DNA of 64,000 nucleotides from Trypanosoma brucei (GCA_000002445.1 CH464491.1:5088001-5152000); one strand, 5' to 3'. Shown: positions 37,809 to 49,510, counted from the stretch's first letter. Notes: a model not told the origin generated them from the sequence alone. Program-made: numbers and translations.

Positions 37809-39455
37809 TTATAGAAGAAAAAATGCAGACCAAAGAGGTTCCTTAATCACAACAGCATTTATTCTTGTGGTATTTGTATTTTTTCCACCTCGATTTGCTG
37901 CATCTTCTTGTCTTGGTGTGTAATTTGGATCCACTACGCACTTTTTATTTTCGCCTGTGCCCTCCCATTTGCAGCCATCTTTGCACTCCCCTTCAGTTTT
38001 CTTTTCGGAGCACTTTGAAGTGGACTCTCCTGCTGTTGTGGCTTTTGATGTGTTACCTTCGAATTTGCTATCTTTTTCATTATATTTGCACCCTGGGGTG
38101 TTGTTGCACTTCTCTTTCTCGGCTTCACCTTTGCAAACGTCTGTCACCCCTGGTTGTAGCTGCTTTTGCTTGTTTTATGCTGTGGCAGGGCTTCTATGAA
38201 TTCTTGCAGTAAAGAAGGCCAGAGTGTGCGCGAAGTTTTTTTCTTTGGAGAGTTCGGAAATCGGCCCTGTGGCTTCTTGGTCCCCTATTTTTATTGCTGT
38301 GCTTCCTTCGCTTAGGGGTTTACAAAGTTCTGTTCTAGAGAGTCTTTGCTGCTGCCGTAAGCTTGCTTTAGAATGGCGAGTGTGTTGGCTTCGGTTATGT
38401 CCACTTCTTTGTTTACAGCTTGGGTTTCCAGTAAAATTGCCGTAATTCTTTGCATTTGAGGGTCTTTGCTTAGACTTGCAATCGTTTCTTTAGTGACTTG
38501 TTTTGGCGAGTGGATCTTGATGCCCCGTGCTTTACAGACCGTATAAGCGAGGCGGGCCTTGTTGACGGTGAGTGCCGTGGTGTCGGTTGGTTCCCCGCCG
38601 CAGTCGTCCCCCGCTTCCGAATTTCGTTTGACATCTTGGTTTACGAGATCTGTGTCCGCCGCTGTTGTGAAGCTGAGGAAAGCGTTTAGGCCGTTGGATG
38701 CATAGCTGCTTGTGGCGCCGGTTATGCCGCACCTGCCGTCGTTTGTTTTTTATCCGCTGGCTGTTGTTGGTGTCCCTTTTGCTTCTTCTTTGAGCGTTTT
38801 GTCCCGGCGGCGGAAAATTACATCCTTGGCCACTTTGATCGTTGTTTCGGTTTCCATTTTTACCACGGCATTTGCGAGGTCCTGTTTGTTTTGCAGCTCC
38901 GCCGCGCAAGCGGTGTTGTCACCAGCTTTTTCTGGTGTCGTTAACGTACAGACTTCAGTTGACCCTCCGTACGTCCCAGCCGCGCTTGCGAAACCGGTAC
39001 CTCGAAACCCTCCATACCGGTGGCTGTGCTGCGGTTACTGCTTGCACCGCCTGCAGTTGGTGGACCCTTTTGCGTATTGTTTCTGCTGCTCTTTCCCGGC
39101 GTGCTCTTGTTGTCTTCAGTGCAGCTGCAGCCGTTAGCGTCCGCACTGTCGCCAGTGCTGTTAATGCAGCATACACTGCGTATTTGGGCCCTTGCCAGCT
39201 TGCCGCTGTCGCCAGCGAAAGCATCTGTTGGTTGTCAGTTAGTTTTTTTAGGTTTTCTTCTGCTGTTGTTACCCTATTTTCCAACGTCGCCGCAATGTTA
39301 AGAATGTATTGGACCTTTGAGCAAATGTCGGTGACAGCTTTTGCCGCGCTGTCTGCTGGACTACCTCCTTTTACCGCCGTCGGTACTGCCAATAATATCG
39401 TGAGGGACGTTAAGAATCTTACCACGTTGCGGTGTCGTTCGTTTACTGCTGCCAT
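37809..39455 (-). pseudogene. VSG pseudogene (both termini intact, internal frameshifts)
   Basis: 38955..39455 starts at ATG with MAAVNERHRNVVRFLTSLTILLAVPTAVKG signal. 37809..38147 ends …NTNTTRINAVVIKEPLWSAFFLL*. The middle part is out of frame (Arg-rich junk in 38532..38909). Confidence 0.75.
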
Positions 39456-40149
39456 GTTTGAGTAAAAGGGTCTACGGTTTCCAGCTTTAAACGAGGTGTG
39501 ATGAGGGGAGGTTTAATTTTGTTGCTAATTTGCTCTAACTGTTGTCTTATTCTGTTTTTGTATTTTAGTTTCATATTTTTTTACAAACGCTGACCTGAAC
39601 TCACCCACATTTTGCAAATTGCCGTTATCCTTTTCTCCATTTTACCAAAAATAACATGGCGTGGAGGTGAAAACCACGCCACAACCTTTCCGCTTAAAAT
39701 AAAGAACTGCCCCAGATTAAAAAACACAGTTGCTACCATCTGCACTTAAGCGTCTATCCATATCTGTGCTAGCTTTTGAGCGCAAATTCTTTTTCCTATA
39801 TTTTATTCTGTGGTGTGCTTCGACTTTTGGCCCTGCATTAAATATGATCTTTCATTCTCTTTCATCTTTTATTACCTCTTTTGTTGATGATTTTTGACTT
39901 GTTTTGGCCTCTCTACTGCAATTTTCCTTCACTATTTTCCCCATTATTATCTAAGTGTATGATGATGCTCATTGTCATGCTTGTTTTTAAAATTGAACAT
40001 GTTACATCTCCTTCCAGTTTTCCCTTTCTGTGTTTTCACTGATTATATTCCTCCTACTCTCCCTACCACTCACTTAAATAATATCATTTAATCTCCGCCG
40101 TCGTTTAAAATACTTCTATTTTTGCCTTTCGTACAGTAGCCACCACTAC

Positions 40150-40351
<202 letters not shown>

Positions 40352-40669
40352 CTAACCAATATACATTAAAGAAACAAAAAATCAAATTTCATAATTTCAT
40401 TCATATTTCAAACCCTATCACCATACTAATTTGCAACAAAACCTACTATCATGCATATTTTACAAAATTTCATTTTTTAAATATTCCTCATACATTCACT
40501 AATTTGTGTATTTTTACAAATAGGGAAATTTCATAAAATTTCATAAGTTTCATAAAATTGAGCAAATATTATTAAAATACTAAAATGTCATCAAACTCCT
40601 AATGGAATAAGAAATCAGAGAAAAATTCTTATTGAAAGGGAAAATGGAATCCTTGCATTTGTTTCCTTC

Positions 40670-42091
40670 CTACTTACAATCCGGAGCCTTGCAATCTTTC
40701 TCTCCTTTCCCTTTGCATTTATCTGTTGCTGTTTCTGCCCCTCCTGTTTGAGTTTGTGGCAACGAAACTCCACTTTTTTCCGCTTTTGTCGCATTATATT
40801 TGCACTTTTTGGTGCCATCGCTTTCTATTTCATAACTACATTTCGGATCAGCATTGCACTTTTGTTCACTATTTAGTTTGTTACAAGCTTGTTCTGCACT
40901 TTCACTAAGTTCTTTGTGCTCATTGAGTCGTTCCGCTGCCGCGGTCCCATCAGGCAGAGCAATGCCTATGACTGCTGCATTGCGTAAGCTGGTGGCCTGC
41001 TCTTTCAGAGTTGCTAGCTCGGCATTGATTTTCCCCGCTTCGGCGTATGCAATTGCTGCTCGTCTTAAAATCGCGGCCGCCACTTCCAGGTGGTTGACCC
41101 ATGGAATGCCGTTGCCGCCGTTTTGTAATTGCAGTTTGTAGTTTACGCACTGTGCGTTCGATGATCCCTGGCATCCGGTACTTTGAGCCTCGCCGAGGAC
41201 AAATCTGACGGCTGCATTGCTGTGGCTGCTTGGTAAACTGCCGATGTGCGAGAAAAACGTCGCTAGTTTTGCTTGGATGAGGGCTTCTGATAGCTCTTGC
41301 TTCGCTTCTTTCTTGGTGCATGCTGTTTCGAGGGCTGCTGCTGCGGTGTCGGCTCCGGTGGTGTCGGCTGTCACTGTTCCCATGCCTTTTTCGCCGCATG
41401 CTTTGTCGGTGTCGGTTGCGTCCGCAGTGCAAAGGCAGATCATGTCATTTAGTATGCTGTAACCGACGTTATTGTGGCCGCTGTGGCCGTTGCCGCACAT
41501 GTTTTCTTTTGTGCTATTGAAAGTTGCAGCTTCGAATTTGTCCTTGCCTTCGCCGTATATCGTGTCGAGGATCTTCCTTTCTGCTCTCGCTGCCGCCGTT
41601 GATACTTCTTTGCTGGCGGCTTCGAAGGCTGCTTTTTTGGTTTGTGCTATGTTATACAAGTCGTGAATCTGTCTGTTCGCCAGGGCTTTGTATGCATTGT
41701 TGGCTATCTTGGCGTACGGGCCCAGCTTTCCCGGTGCCGCACCCTGCTCCGTCGCCTCTTTGACTCGTTTAACCCAGTTTGCTAATTTGGTAGCACGCTC
41801 GCTGCCGTCTGAGACTCCTGCGAATTCTCCGTCTTTGTGTTCTAACCACGTATCACTTGCGGTACTGATGTTCAGATTGTAAATGGCAGTTATTAAATCA
41901 TCTGCGTTATCAAACTGCCTTGTCCATAGTGTCTGTGGTTTAGCATGCTTAAGATTGTAAATGTCACACAAAGTTGCGTACGCCGGTGCGTTTACGCCGT
42001 TCGAAGTTGCGGCTTCTGCTAAATTCGACAAGACTAGCGACAACACTGCTATGGTTAATTGGTGCCTTGAACACCTTGAGATCTGTGGCAT
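40670..42091 (-). pseudogene. VSG, full-length N-terminal domain; TAG in the CKW motif of the C-terminal domain
   Basis: The ORF from the real ATG at 42089-42091 (MPQISRCSRHQLTIAVLSLVLSNLAEAATS signal; the listed start is a GTG extension) ends …KDCKAPDCK then TAG at 40670-40672. It continues EGNKCKDSIFPFNKNFSLISYSIRSL…. Confidence 0.75.
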
Positions 42092-43574
42092 TGCGCAGTT
42101 TTGAATCTTTCTTTTAAACTTGCAGCTTGACTGCCTTGCCTTTGAAGCACAGTGAAATTGGAATAAGACACGACTGACTCCCGTTGGAGGCTGTGTGCGT
42201 TTAAACAACTCACTTTTGTTAATAATGAAAATCAGGAATTCTCTGTTTCCAATGACTGTATTCACACTTTCTTGTGGCTTTCTCTCTATTTTTCAGGTAC
42301 GAACAGAGCACCTTTTACAGTATATTGCTACAAAAAAAATTATACCTTACGCTCACTTTTTCAACGTATTAAAAAAATGTTGTTAGTGGCTTTGCCGTTT
42401 TCAACCTTTGACTTTACACTAGAAATTCATTATTCCAAGTAAGATTTTTCATAATCAGTCTTGCTTTCTCTTCCCATGCAATTGGCTGACCAAAAGAAAA
42501 TGAATGAATGGGGCTTCTCCAAACTCTCCACTAGTTGGAATAGAAAAAAACTCTTATCATAATCCAATCCAATCATTCCTCTCTTCAAAACAAATCTCTG
42601 TCCAACAGCTTCTTCCTCAATCACACTCCAAATTAGTAAAGTTTTGAAAATACTCTCGCTATTAAGCTACCACTTTTACTAAGAAAAGTTTTTCCACTAG
42701 GATGTGATTTTAATAAATGAGGTAGCTTCTTCTCTTTCCCTTTTTTATAATAAAGATCAAAAACAGTAGCATTTCTCTATATCCTCTTTATGAATATCCT
42801 CTTCTCTAAACTTGTCTTTATTTCAGCAGTATTTTGTATAAAATATTGTACAGACTTTTCATATTTATGACGATCACAAACAATACCATCAGCTCCGTCA
42901 ACAGTTATTACAATATCCTCATCAATTGAATTATGTCTTTCTAAAAATTCCAAAATTCACTTAGGTATTTTAACTTAGCTATACAAACTTCTTATCGAAA
43001 TTGTAATAATTTTAACATGGCTTAGTTTGGCACTCAAAATGAGTTTACGCTATCCTTGAATTGCATGAGTTTGAATTACAGAAACAGATACTCCTCCTTT
43101 CTTATACATATCATGTGTTATATTTTTTATATTTTCTGTTGTGTTCTTTTGAGGAGTTACAGAGCTTGAATACACTAAATGTAGTAGTAGCGGTAACAGT
43201 AAATTTCTCAACGTACGGAATTTTAATATCCAATTTTTCTTAAATTTTTTGAGAGAGTAATAAGGGAAAACTTAAAAAACATTAGGAAAATAGGAGATTC
43301 CATAAAAAATTATATTTGAATTTTAACAAGTTTTGAATTTCCATAAAAAAGCATACAGCTCTGTTTCTAAATCTAAAACATAAAAATATATGGTTCTTCG
43401 TGGAACTTTATCACTGCACATGGCTTGGCGCGATAATTTGGCCTATACACTGCAGAGTGTCTCTTCCTCACTATACCGTCCATCATATTCTTGTGTATGA
43501 AGATACCAATCTGAATGTTTATGTTTGAAACTTAGCATATTCCATCATCATTTACTTTTTATTCCTCCGTTTGC

Positions 43575-43755
43575 CTTAATAATATTCGTATTTACACACT
43601 CACAACAGTTTCCTATCTTAATAAGAATTATTATTACAATCACTATTATTACTATTACTGCTCTTATTATATATTCGTATACACACACTCACAACACTCT
43701 CCTATCATCATCATCATTACCATTTTTATTATTATTATTACTATCGTTATTATAG
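43575..43755 (-). repeat. Tandem 70-bp repeats (2 units)
   Basis: Two cores (aatattcgtatttacacactcacaacag… and atattcgtatacacacactcacaacactctcc) sit alongside triplet tracts. Confidence 0.75.
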
Positions 43756-44004
43756 CTCTAACTAGTATCCATAAAATAATTCAAAATAAACTAAATTTAA
43801 AAATTAAAATATAACTAATTTTCTTACCCTATCGCCATACTTCTTTAAACCCATATGTCACTTTCAGCAAAAAATTTATATTTTAGAGTTTTTCAAAATT
43901 TCGCATTTTCATGAAAAAGTGTTAAAGTATTTAAAAATTTCGTTAATTTTATAAAACTGAGCAATAATTCTTAACATGCTACCGAACCGATAAAAGCAGC
44001 CATA

Positions 44005-44300
44005 CTCAGGGCAAATCTCTTGTTTACTAGAAAACTACCATTTCGGCACATTTCTTTTTCGGGTTCGGGTTCACCCTCTTTAAACTTCCTCCATGCACAA
44101 TTTTGCTTCTCGCCTGTTTTGTCACTTTCACAATCAGGTTGATATTAGTGCCTTGCACACCCAGTTGAAGCCGCTGCTCCATGCAGCTCCATCTCCAGCT
44201 CCTGCTTTAGGTTTGCATTCCTGTGTTTTTGTGCCATAGTCGCAGTCAGCTTATTGTCATTCTTCTGCAGTTGTGTTTTTTAGTTTGCATTTATTTTGTT
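44005..44300 (-). pseudogene. VSG 3' fragment (C-terminal domain plus GPI signal only)
   Basis: About 75-80% nucleotide identity to the 3' end of VSG 45798..47378 (45830-46080). Encodes …NGSFLVNKRFALSMAAFIGSVA-like tail with frameshifts. Followed by a 3'UTR with a 16-mer-like motif near 43920. Confidence 0.65.
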
Positions 44301-44814
44301 CCTTTACTGTTAGCTTGCCCCTTTGTTTTTGCAGTGTATTTTCGGAATTGGTGATTATGGGGACATTTATTAATATCTTTGGGGGCTGCCGCCGGATTTT
44401 TCGGGGCATGGCGTTGCGCTTGCATTGCCCTGCTGACACTGCAGTTAACTGCTCGCCGCCTCCTCTTTCTTTGGCTGTGTTGCTGTGCTGCACCACGACC
44501 GGTCCAGGCTGCTATGTCGACTGGCTTTATCTGCCGAACATCATATTCTGACGCTTCCAAGGTTAAGATTTTATCGTTAGCGCCTCTTGAAAAGTAAATC
44601 GTCTCGTGCAGCGAAGCTTCCGCGTGCCAGCGTAAAAAGAAAAGGCACGTGCAGCGCTATATTCCACGATCCAGCCCTTTTTTAAAAAAAATGTTTTAAA
44701 GCCGCGCACAGCATAAAATGAAGAGCTGAGCTTCGAAAAAGCAACAAGAGCGAAAATGTAAATTGCAGCTTAAAATAAAAGTAAAAAATAAAGCACGGAC
44801 GTCGGTGGTGTGAA

Positions 44815-44960
44815 TAAGGGTTAGGGTTCGCGGCAAAAAAATAGCCGCTGCATCATTAAGAAAAAGGTATAAGTCGCCACGCATCACTGCTAATAAAAAT
44901 ATCAAAAGGAAAATTAAAACCATAACCCTAACCCTAACCACCTAACCCGAAACACCTTAA
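44815..44960. repeat. Telomere-repeat-like inverted pair (GGGTTAGGGTT … CCCTAACCCTAACC), unit 1
   Basis: Plus strand reads gggttagggttcgcgg at 44815, then a 90-bp spacer containing gctgcatcattaag, then ccataaccctaaccctaaccacctaacccgaa at 44921. The two arms are reverse complements of each other. Confidence 0.7.
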
Positions 44961-45405
44961 CCCGAATCACCGCATTTGCCGCTCCGAACAAAAAGGGGCG
45001 CTGACAAAAAAAACGATGCCGGGTTGTAACAAAAAAAAATCAAAAACGAAAAAAATCTGAAAAATGTCGAAAACTAAAAAGCAAAAAAAAAAAAGAGAAT
45101 GTAAAAAAAATGTAAGCTAAAAACCGTTAAAAATTCAAAAAAAATGTAAAAAAAATGTAAAAAAATGTAAAAAAACAAAAACTCGGAAAATAGAAAAAAC
45201 TGAAAAAAAATTTAAAAGAAAAATCTAAACTGGGGCCCGAAGGAAATTAAAAGAAAGTTTAAAAAAGAAAGTGTGTGCTGTAAAATGTGGTAAAAAAAAT
45301 TAATTTTTCAAAAAAAAAGTGAGCAAAAAAAGGTCACGAAAAAAATTAAAATTAAAATTAAAAAAAGGTGCGTTTGCGGGAGGCGTGCGTGGGGGGGGGG
45401 GGAGG

Positions 45406-45560
45406 AGGGTTAGGGTCCGCACAATCAACAGCTGCTGCATCATTAAAAGAATTTAAAAAATGAATTAAAGAAAAAAGAAAAGAAAAAAAGTAACCCTAAT
45501 CCTAAGCCTAATCCTAAGCCTAATCCTACCTAACCCCATAACTAACCTAACTAACCTAAC
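45406..45560. repeat. Telomere-repeat-like inverted pair, unit 2, plus degenerate (CCTAAN)n
   Basis: gggttagggtccgcacaatcaacagctgctgcatcattaaaag … gtaaccctaatcctaagcctaatcctaagcctaatcctacctaaccccataactaacctaactaacctaac. A G12 run sits immediately upstream. Confidence 0.7.
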
Positions 45561-45720
45561 TACCCCCAATTCCTACTTATCCTCTCTACCACTTGCACAA
45601 AAAGTTAAAGTTAAAAATTCAACAGGAAAAGAAAAATTTTTTTTAGTTTCCAGAAAAACAATTTTTTACAGAATCAGATTTTTTTACAACCAACAAAAAA
45701 TTCTCGAATGAATTTTTAGG

Positions 45721-45736
45721 TGTTAAAATATATCAG
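45721..45736 (-). promoter_or_regulatory. VSG 3'UTR 16-mer TGATATATTTTAACAC
   Basis: gtgttaaaatatatca on the plus strand, 3' of the VSG stop at 45798. Confidence 0.7.
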
Positions 45737-45797
45737 AAGTTTTCAAGTAGCAAAAATTTTTAGCAAGGAAAACTTTAAAAAGAGGGGGAAATTTTGT

Positions 45798-47378
45798 TTA
45801 GAAAAGCAAGGCCGCAAATGCAGCAGAAGCCACGCCGAGGGCGAATTTCTTGTTTACTAGAAAACTACCATTTCTGCACTTTTCCTTTTCAGGCTCATCT
45901 GTTTCACCCTCCTTACCCTTTCTCCATGCACAATTTTGCTTGTCGCCTGTTTTGTCATTTTCACAAGCGGTTTTATCTTTGTGCCCTGTGCACCAAGCTG
46001 CAGTTGTTCCCCCCTCTTTTGTTGTGCCTTCTGTTCCTGCTGTTTCCGGTGTTGCCGATCCTGGTTTAGATTTGCATTCCCCCTTTCCATCTTTTTCTTC
46101 CCATTTGCAGTTAGCTTTGATGCAAGTCTGGTTTGTTGTGTGAGTGCTACAGTTGGTCGTCGTCTGCCCTATTGTATGCTGTTTTTGAGTTCCTCCTTTG
46201 ATTTTCTCAAGTGCAGCGGCCGTAGCTTTTGCCGAGTCTACAATAACAACTGCATCTTTCTTTAGTTTTTTGATCTGTTCTATTATCTGTAATCCGCGTT
46301 GCTTGTTGCTTTCAAGTGTTTGAAGGCCTAGCGCTAGGTTTTTTAGCGGGGGTATCCAGGTTAGTTGTTCTACTATAGGCTGTGCCTTGCTTGCGAAGCC
46401 GCTGAACTCTAAGCATACGCCTTGCGCTTTGTTGCCGTCACATTTCGAGCTTGCGAACTGTCCTAGGTATGCGTTGCTGGTGTCTTTGTGTATGAGGTCG
46501 TTGAGGTTAGCTATGGCGGCTAGTATTTCTGTGCCGGTTATTTGTCCTGCGTCAAACGGACATGATTTTGCTAGCTTGCCTAGGTTCGCTGCCGTTACCC
46601 CGGTCGCGAATGTGCTGGCGGCTTCCCAGGTGCCGCCGTCGGCCGCCTGTACGCAAACTGCTGGGTCTACATTGTTTGTGCCTCTAAAGCAGACGCATGT
46701 GAGGGCTTCCAGGGCTGTTGCCGGGTTGCCGTTGCCGCCTGCAGCTTTGCATACCGAGTCCCTTGTGCCTGTTGTTGTGCCTGTAAAAACCTTTGATGGG
46801 TCTGGGTTGCTTGCTGGCTTTGCATTTTCTCCGTATACGGCTGTTGCTATGGTTTCTTTTGCCGTGTTATCCTTGGGTGCGTCGGACGGTGGTTGTATGC
46901 TCTGCAATTCTTTCGCCAGCTCGTGCGCTCTTGTTCTAATGTGCTTTAAGTGATCCCGGGCTAGAGTTTCTTGGTCTTCGGTTAGTTCCATTATGCCCGC
47001 CTGGTTTTTTTGTCCCCCCGTCGTTGCTTCCAGTTTTTTGGCGGCGATCTTTGTCCACCGAGGCCAGTTTTCTTCAAACCCTCTGCCATCCTGGCCCGCT
47101 GATTTTGGGTTATCGTGCGTTTTCTTCGCAGCTTTGTCGCTGTAAAACATTTCTTGCCAAGATCCTGTTGCTGCTGAAAAATTTACCATGTGTATGTAGT
47201 CCAGGTCGTCTTCTGGCATAGCCGGTATGGTCGGTATCTCTACTTCGCGCGGTGCCATCGCCACGAATTTGCACAAAGCCGCGTGTTCCTGGCGGTTGGC
47301 TCCGCCCACAATGTCTGTCCCTTCTGTTTTCGTCACTAACCAAAGCACAATCGTCATTGGTAGCATTATTGCGTACAT
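45798..47378 (-). CDS. Variant surface glycoprotein, apparently intact
   Basis: 526-aa ORF from ATG. Hydrophobic signal MLPMTIVLWLVTKTEG. C-terminal domain …NCKWEEKDGKGECKSKPGS…CENDKTGDKQNCAWRKGKEGETDEPEKEKCRNGSFLVNKKFALGVASAAFAALLF*. Confidence 0.85.
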   Translation of the reverse strand: MYAIMLPMTIVLWLVTKTEGTDIVGGANRQEHAALCKFVAMAPREVEIPTIPAMPEDDLDYIHMVNFSAATGSWQEMFYSDKAAKKTHDNPKSAGQDGRGFEENWPRWTKIAAKKLEATTGGQKNQAGIMELTEDQETLARDHLKHIRTRAHELAKELQSIQPPSDAPKDNTAKETIATAVYGENAKPASNPDPSKVFTGTTTGTRDSVCKAAGGNGNPATALEALTCVCFRGTNNVDPAVCVQAADGGTWEAASTFATGVTAANLGKLAKSCPFDAGQITGTEILAAIANLNDLIHKDTSNAYLGQFASSKCDGNKAQGVCLEFSGFASKAQPIVEQLTWIPPLKNLALGLQTLESNKQRGLQIIEQIKKLKKDAVVIVDSAKATAAALEKIKGGTQKQHTIGQTTTNCSTHTTNQTCIKANCKWEEKDGKGECKSKPGSATPETAGTEGTTKEGGTTAAWCTGHKDKTACENDKTGDKQNCAWRKGKEGETDEPEKEKCRNGSFLVNKKFALGVASAAFAALLF

Positions 47379-47542
47379 TTCAGCGGTCTCTGTGGTGAAA
47401 CCTTGTGTTGTTGACCTTTATTGTGTCCATATAATATGCAGATGTTGTTGTTAAAAAAATCAGCTTATCTTTGGGGTATACTTTGTCTTAAACAGAAAAG
47501 TAATTAGCGTGGTCACCTAGCCGTGCTCTCGACCCTTGGTTG

Positions 47543-48592
47543 TTAACAGCTACACTCGTGCCAAAACGCTGTTATTTCTTTTATTTTGACTTTATTTTGT
47601 GACGGTGCCGAGATCAGCGCTGGTAGTGTGCTCACCAACCACATGTACTCATCCTCAGCAATGTGGTGTAAAACAATAAGGTTAGGATTACTTTCTAAAA
47701 ATCTATCTAGTGGCCTTTGTAAATGCATGACATAACGACAATCTTGCATATACACTGTTAATAAACTTTCAAATTTCAATTTACTCCTTATAACATCTCC
47801 AACTATAATATCTTCATTAAGTGCTCTAAAATCGATATAGGTTTTGAAATCTCTGAATTTAATTGGTGACTTTATTAATTTTTTCAGTGCTTCATAATCA
47901 ACAATTGCCATAACTACATACCTAGATAAAGTGGACGCATAACCTATCGTGTGCCATGTAATTTCATCACTAAATTCTTTAGGATATCCAACAGCTCTCC
48001 CCATATTCAATTTTTCTCTTGGAAGCAGCTCTAGATATTTTAGATACAGTGGCACTCTCATAAAAATATCATCATCTGCTTTCATAATATAAGGATTAGT
48101 TGTTTTGAATATTTCAACTTCAAATTTGAATTACAAATATGTATTTCTACTCCTAGTGAGTTCTGCCTCCCAGCCCCAATTACCCGCATCTCCAACTTCT
48201 TTATCTGTTGTAGGGTTCACATCGCACACGGGTAAAATAATAACATCCTGATATAAATACCCTTCTTCTCCAAGAACTTCTCTTAGCTCACAATTGTTAT
48301 TTGTGTGAGGTGAAAGAGCATATATTACAAGAAACTTTCCAGTAAAATTATTTACCTTTCTCGCCACTTCGGGATAACTCCAACACGTGTCTCTCTGTAA
48401 ATTCCTTCTTCTGAACCTTTTATCATTATCTATCGAAGGTATTCCAACTACAACCAAATAATCTTCAGTTTTCCAAATCCTCCTAACATCTTGCGAAATA
48501 AATTTCATATACTTATCTTCAACAATATCTAGTGAAATGGATTCACCTTCATTGAACAAGCCATAGAGTGACACACACAAACTGATGCACAT
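47543..48592 (-). pseudogene. GT31-family glycosyltransferase (trypanosome UDP-Gal/UDP-GlcNAc-dependent GT-like) with one in-frame TAA
   Basis: ORFs 48131..48592 and 47543..48085 are in the same frame, separated only by TAA at 48131-48133. The joined protein is about 349 aa and carries GT31 hallmarks FRRRNLQRDTCW (the RR…W motif) and KADDDIFMRV (the DxD motif). Confidence 0.75.
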
Positions 48593-49449
48593 AAAAATAA
48601 AAGGTAAACAACATACTGCTGCATAGATACATCTTATATAATTCAGAAAGCACTATTACCATACTAACGGAAACTTTGAAATACTTACTAAATGATAAAA
48701 ACCTGAGAATATGAAGTCGTTTGCAGCACAAAGGTGTTTACATAAGTAATACCTTGATATACTTATGATATGGCTATTGAACGGTGTATGCTCAGTGCCT
48801 GCAGCTTACGGTTGAGCACGTGTGTACGGTTTCTTTTTCAGTCGTAAGATGCGGGCACATCTATGGAGTCACAACTACTTTCATTCCGCAGTTTTTTGTA
48901 TACATATTTCTATTCTATACGCTGTTATGTGAATTTTTGTAACCAGTTACACCGATGTGTACAAAGGATAGTAAGAATTTTACCAACATCCTGTGATAAC
49001 TACCCTATTCACCGTATTTCATTATCAAAATCTTTTCACCTTAGATAGATAAACTACAGTTACTACTATTTCTTCCACCATTTCTGCAGTTACATCAATC
49101 TGCTTTTTTGTAAAATGCGCGCATGATCGGTTTATCATGTATAACTTTCTTTTTCACTGGCCTCTTTCACATTCTTTTGATTCTCTGCTATGCTTTCCTT
49201 CATTTTTTGAATACTGCTCCCCTCGCTGCGGATAAGTTAGCGAGTTTATTTGGCTTATACACTGGACTATTTCCAACTATGATTGTCGACTCTGTCATCT
49301 CCTTGTGTATCATCATGACCCTCCTCATATTTGCGCATAAAACTGCGTATATTCCCTTCCCCTCTTTTCCTCACTAACCCGCTTTGCACCCTTGTCACTG
49401 ACTTAAGTGCATCCATTTCGGCAAGTCATTTACTCATCAATACTACCCT

Positions 49450-49510
49450 TTTTATAATATTCGTATATGCACACTCACAACACTCTTATAATATTATTAC
49501 TATTAATATC
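49450..49510 (-). repeat. 70-bp repeat unit
   Basis: tttataatattcgtatatgcacactcacaacactcttataatattattactattaat. Confidence 0.75.
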
